The translations under genes and the position numbers were made by a program. A stretch of DNA of 64,000 nucleotides, taken from Leucoraja erinacea (Eukaryota). Each line of letters starts with the position of its first letter. Positions within the stretch are counted from its first letter, which is position 1. The notes beneath the pieces are model-generated. The model ran no database searches. It saw only the letters and a list, made by a program, of their open reading frames with translations, and was not told the origin of the DNA. Below, piece by piece: positions 61,601 to 64,000 of this stretch. The stretch is taken from positions 7,998,001 to 8,062,000 of the forward strand of contig NC_073409.1 of NCBI RefSeq assembly GCF_028641065.1, read 5' to 3'.

Positions 61601-63589
61601 GAATCGCACTAATGGGATTACTCTGCTGAGAGCCAGCATGGAACTGATGGGTTGAATGGCCTCCTGAGTGTTATAAGTAAGTTCTGTGCCCTCGTGATAC
61701 TGTAATTAGCTTCCAGTTCAGCAAATCACAGCACAAGCTGCAGGATATAGAACAATATGTGACATTGTATGTCATGCCAAGGTCTGTGGCTTCAGGAAGC
61801 TTTCATCCACTCTTACTGTATGGATATTTGTGCTTTATTTTGATGTTTATTTTATGTATAATGGTGCATCAATCTCCAAACCATGGGTTTGGCTAATTGA
61901 ACGTTAATGATTAGTTGTGCTCTACTCACACAAGTTGGTTTCGCAACTATTTATTAAATTATGTAAGCAATGGGATTTGATAAGAGTGCAGTCTGTGCTT
62001 TCTGTACGACTTGCATCATTCAAATTAGTATTCATTTAAATTGGGAGATATCGTCACGGGTTTGGGTGGTGTAATTGCTGGTGTAACTGCAGTGCATTCT
62101 TGATTTTCTATTTTCATTTATTCACTGGAGCATCATTGGCCTTAATCACCTATATTGGACTGCCCCAACAATGTCGCTTGCTAAGCTAGTATTGAGGCAG
62201 CTAAGAGTTGACCATATTGCTGTGTATTTGGTGTTATACACGAGCAAGAGCAAATAATGATGGGTGAAATTCTTAGAGACACAAGATGCACCAGTTGCCA
62301 TATTCTGGAGCAAAAAATAAACTGCTGAAATATTCTATTTTGTTAAACCCTTCAGCATTTTATTTTTTGCTCCAGAGTACAGCAACTGGCGCCTCTTGTG
62401 TTTTTGCTTTGGGAGAATTTCTTCTGTAAAGGGCATGTCTTTACAATAATCTCAGTATTTTATCTCACCGTTTGTATTGTAGGTTTAATTAGGTTCCCTA
62501 GCTGTAGCTGCCACAGTGGGATTCATATTCGTCTCCAGATCAATCAGACTTTAAAGGCTAATCCGGTAATTTGCCCACTGAGTAACCTTGCTATTTTCCT
62601 CATGTGGCTTTTATTCACTTTTTTTAGTAGTAACAATAACCAGAGAATTATCAGGAGATTATAATTTACAGTTTTCAAAGCATTACAAGTTTAAATAGTG
62701 ATCAAGGTTCACGTGCACTAATTATGCCACTTGCTGCTGAATGTTTAACCGCATGACTTCCATTATATGTGTAAACAATTTGTTCATCAGCTGCAATAAA
62801 TAACTCAGACCTCACACCGCTGTGAGCTCTGAAGGTGGGAAAAAAGTTCCACAGTAGCTAAAAATACTTTTTCAGACGTTGAATTCTCTGATATAAAAAA
62901 AAACAAGATGCTTAAAGTATTCAGGGCATCAGGCAGCAGTATTAAAGAGGGGAACAGAGTTAACTTAAAGGTCTTTGATCTGAAACTATCCCTTTCCCAC
63001 ATCTCTATTTACTCCCTCCCTAATAACCAGGCTCTATTTCCTTGTCCATATATATTTTGAAATTGCATGCCCACAGAAATTCTTGCTCAGTTTACTAATC
63101 ATCCACCGCAAACGCATCTCCAGTTAGCTACTTTTGGATAGCATTCCTTTATTCCCATTGCGCAATTGGCTTTAGTGCCCCAAGTTAATGTATGAAATCA
63201 GTATTTGTAAAATCAGTATTCTCAATGAAGTGCACAATGGGATTTACCTTTAATATCTTCCACCAGCACCTCTTTCTTCCCCAAACCCTCTGTCCACAGC
63301 GTTTCTTCAGGTGGAATTTCTTGCAGACATTTGTTGTAGTGGACGTGCATTAGACAGTGTTACTCCAGCACAGAGTTAAGGCCTTGGGAAAGAGTGGAAA
63401 GTAGTACCTGTGCAGTGCTAAGGTACATTCAACAAATACTGAAACATTTTCAAAATTTATCTTTCCATTTTTCTGCTTCAGTGAAGTCAGCGCAATCTAC
63501 AACACCAGTGAGTTTTTCACTTTGTTGTATCTTGTGGCCATGACTCTTAACAGTTTTTAACTTTGTTTTTGAAGGTCTGTTGGAAGAAC

Positions 63590-63737
63590 ATGGCTCAAGA
63601 AACCAATCAGACTCAAGTGCCTATGCTGTGCACCACAGGCTGTGGATTTTATGGGAACCCACGAACGAATGGCATGTGTTCTGTTTGCTATAAGGATTTT
63701 CTTCAAAGGCAAAACAATAATGGCAGAATCAGTCCTG
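63590..63737 (+). CDS. ZFAND6: AN1-type zinc finger protein 6, first coding exon (A20 zinc finger); gene continues beyond the window
   Basis: [49 protein letters not shown]; acceptor TTTTTGAAG| (exon starts 63575), Kozak AACATGG, donor G|GTAAAT. QVPML and RISP residues plus synteny favour ZFAND6 over ZFAND5. Confidence 0.93.
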
Positions 63738-64000
63738 GTAAATACCATCTTGCTTTTTCTTCAAACAAAGAGTAGTCCATAATTCATTCCATTTTTGAAG
63801 GGATCTGCACTAATTCATTTTGTTGTTTGCTTTTGGTTATTTTCATCACTCTGCTTCCAAGTTTCAGCTTTACAGAATCCATATTGCCTGTTGATTTCTG
63901 GCACATGAGGCTAATGATATGGCCCAAGACCAAATATTCTCAATTTGACATAAGAAGACTCCCACTGTGTTTTATCTGGTTTTGCCCTTTAACTAGTTAC

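Noticed and set aside
63590-63737. ZFAND5 assignment
   Set aside because: QVPML and GRISP residues and adjacency to BCL2A1/MTHFS indicate ZFAND6.

Overview
Repeat-rich vertebrate genomic DNA, almost certainly elasmobranch (skate/ray-like), judged from HE1/V-SINE-like, CR1, Rex1 and Penelope-derived repeats. It carries the conserved gnathostome block MTHFS(-) / BCL2A1(-) / ZFAND6(+). I reconstructed a complete 3-exon MTHFS (198 aa), a complete 2-exon BCL2A1 (about 178-185 aa), and the CpG-island promoter plus first coding exon of ZFAND6. The most notable observation is a 4-exon gene nested antisense in MTHFS intron 2, of which the ORF track shows only the last exon. It encodes a 188-aa secreted, collagen-less C1q-domain protein: an ATG-only exon, a signal-peptide exon, a linker exon and a gC1q exon, all phase-compatible with GT-AG sites. 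Other observations: a ~680-bp inverted duplication of the MTHFS 3' region, interrupted by a Penelope element with a 10-bp TSD and enclosing a degenerate ERV-like element; a 22-bp GC-box minisatellite just upstream of the MTHFS ATG; a BCL2A1 with a hydrophobic C-terminal tail and kappaB-site promoter; a non-autonomous Helitron filled with a polypurine tract; and dispersed hammerhead-ribozyme-like motifs in Penelope-derived repeats. All calls are by eye; no database searches were run, and repeat boundaries are approximate.
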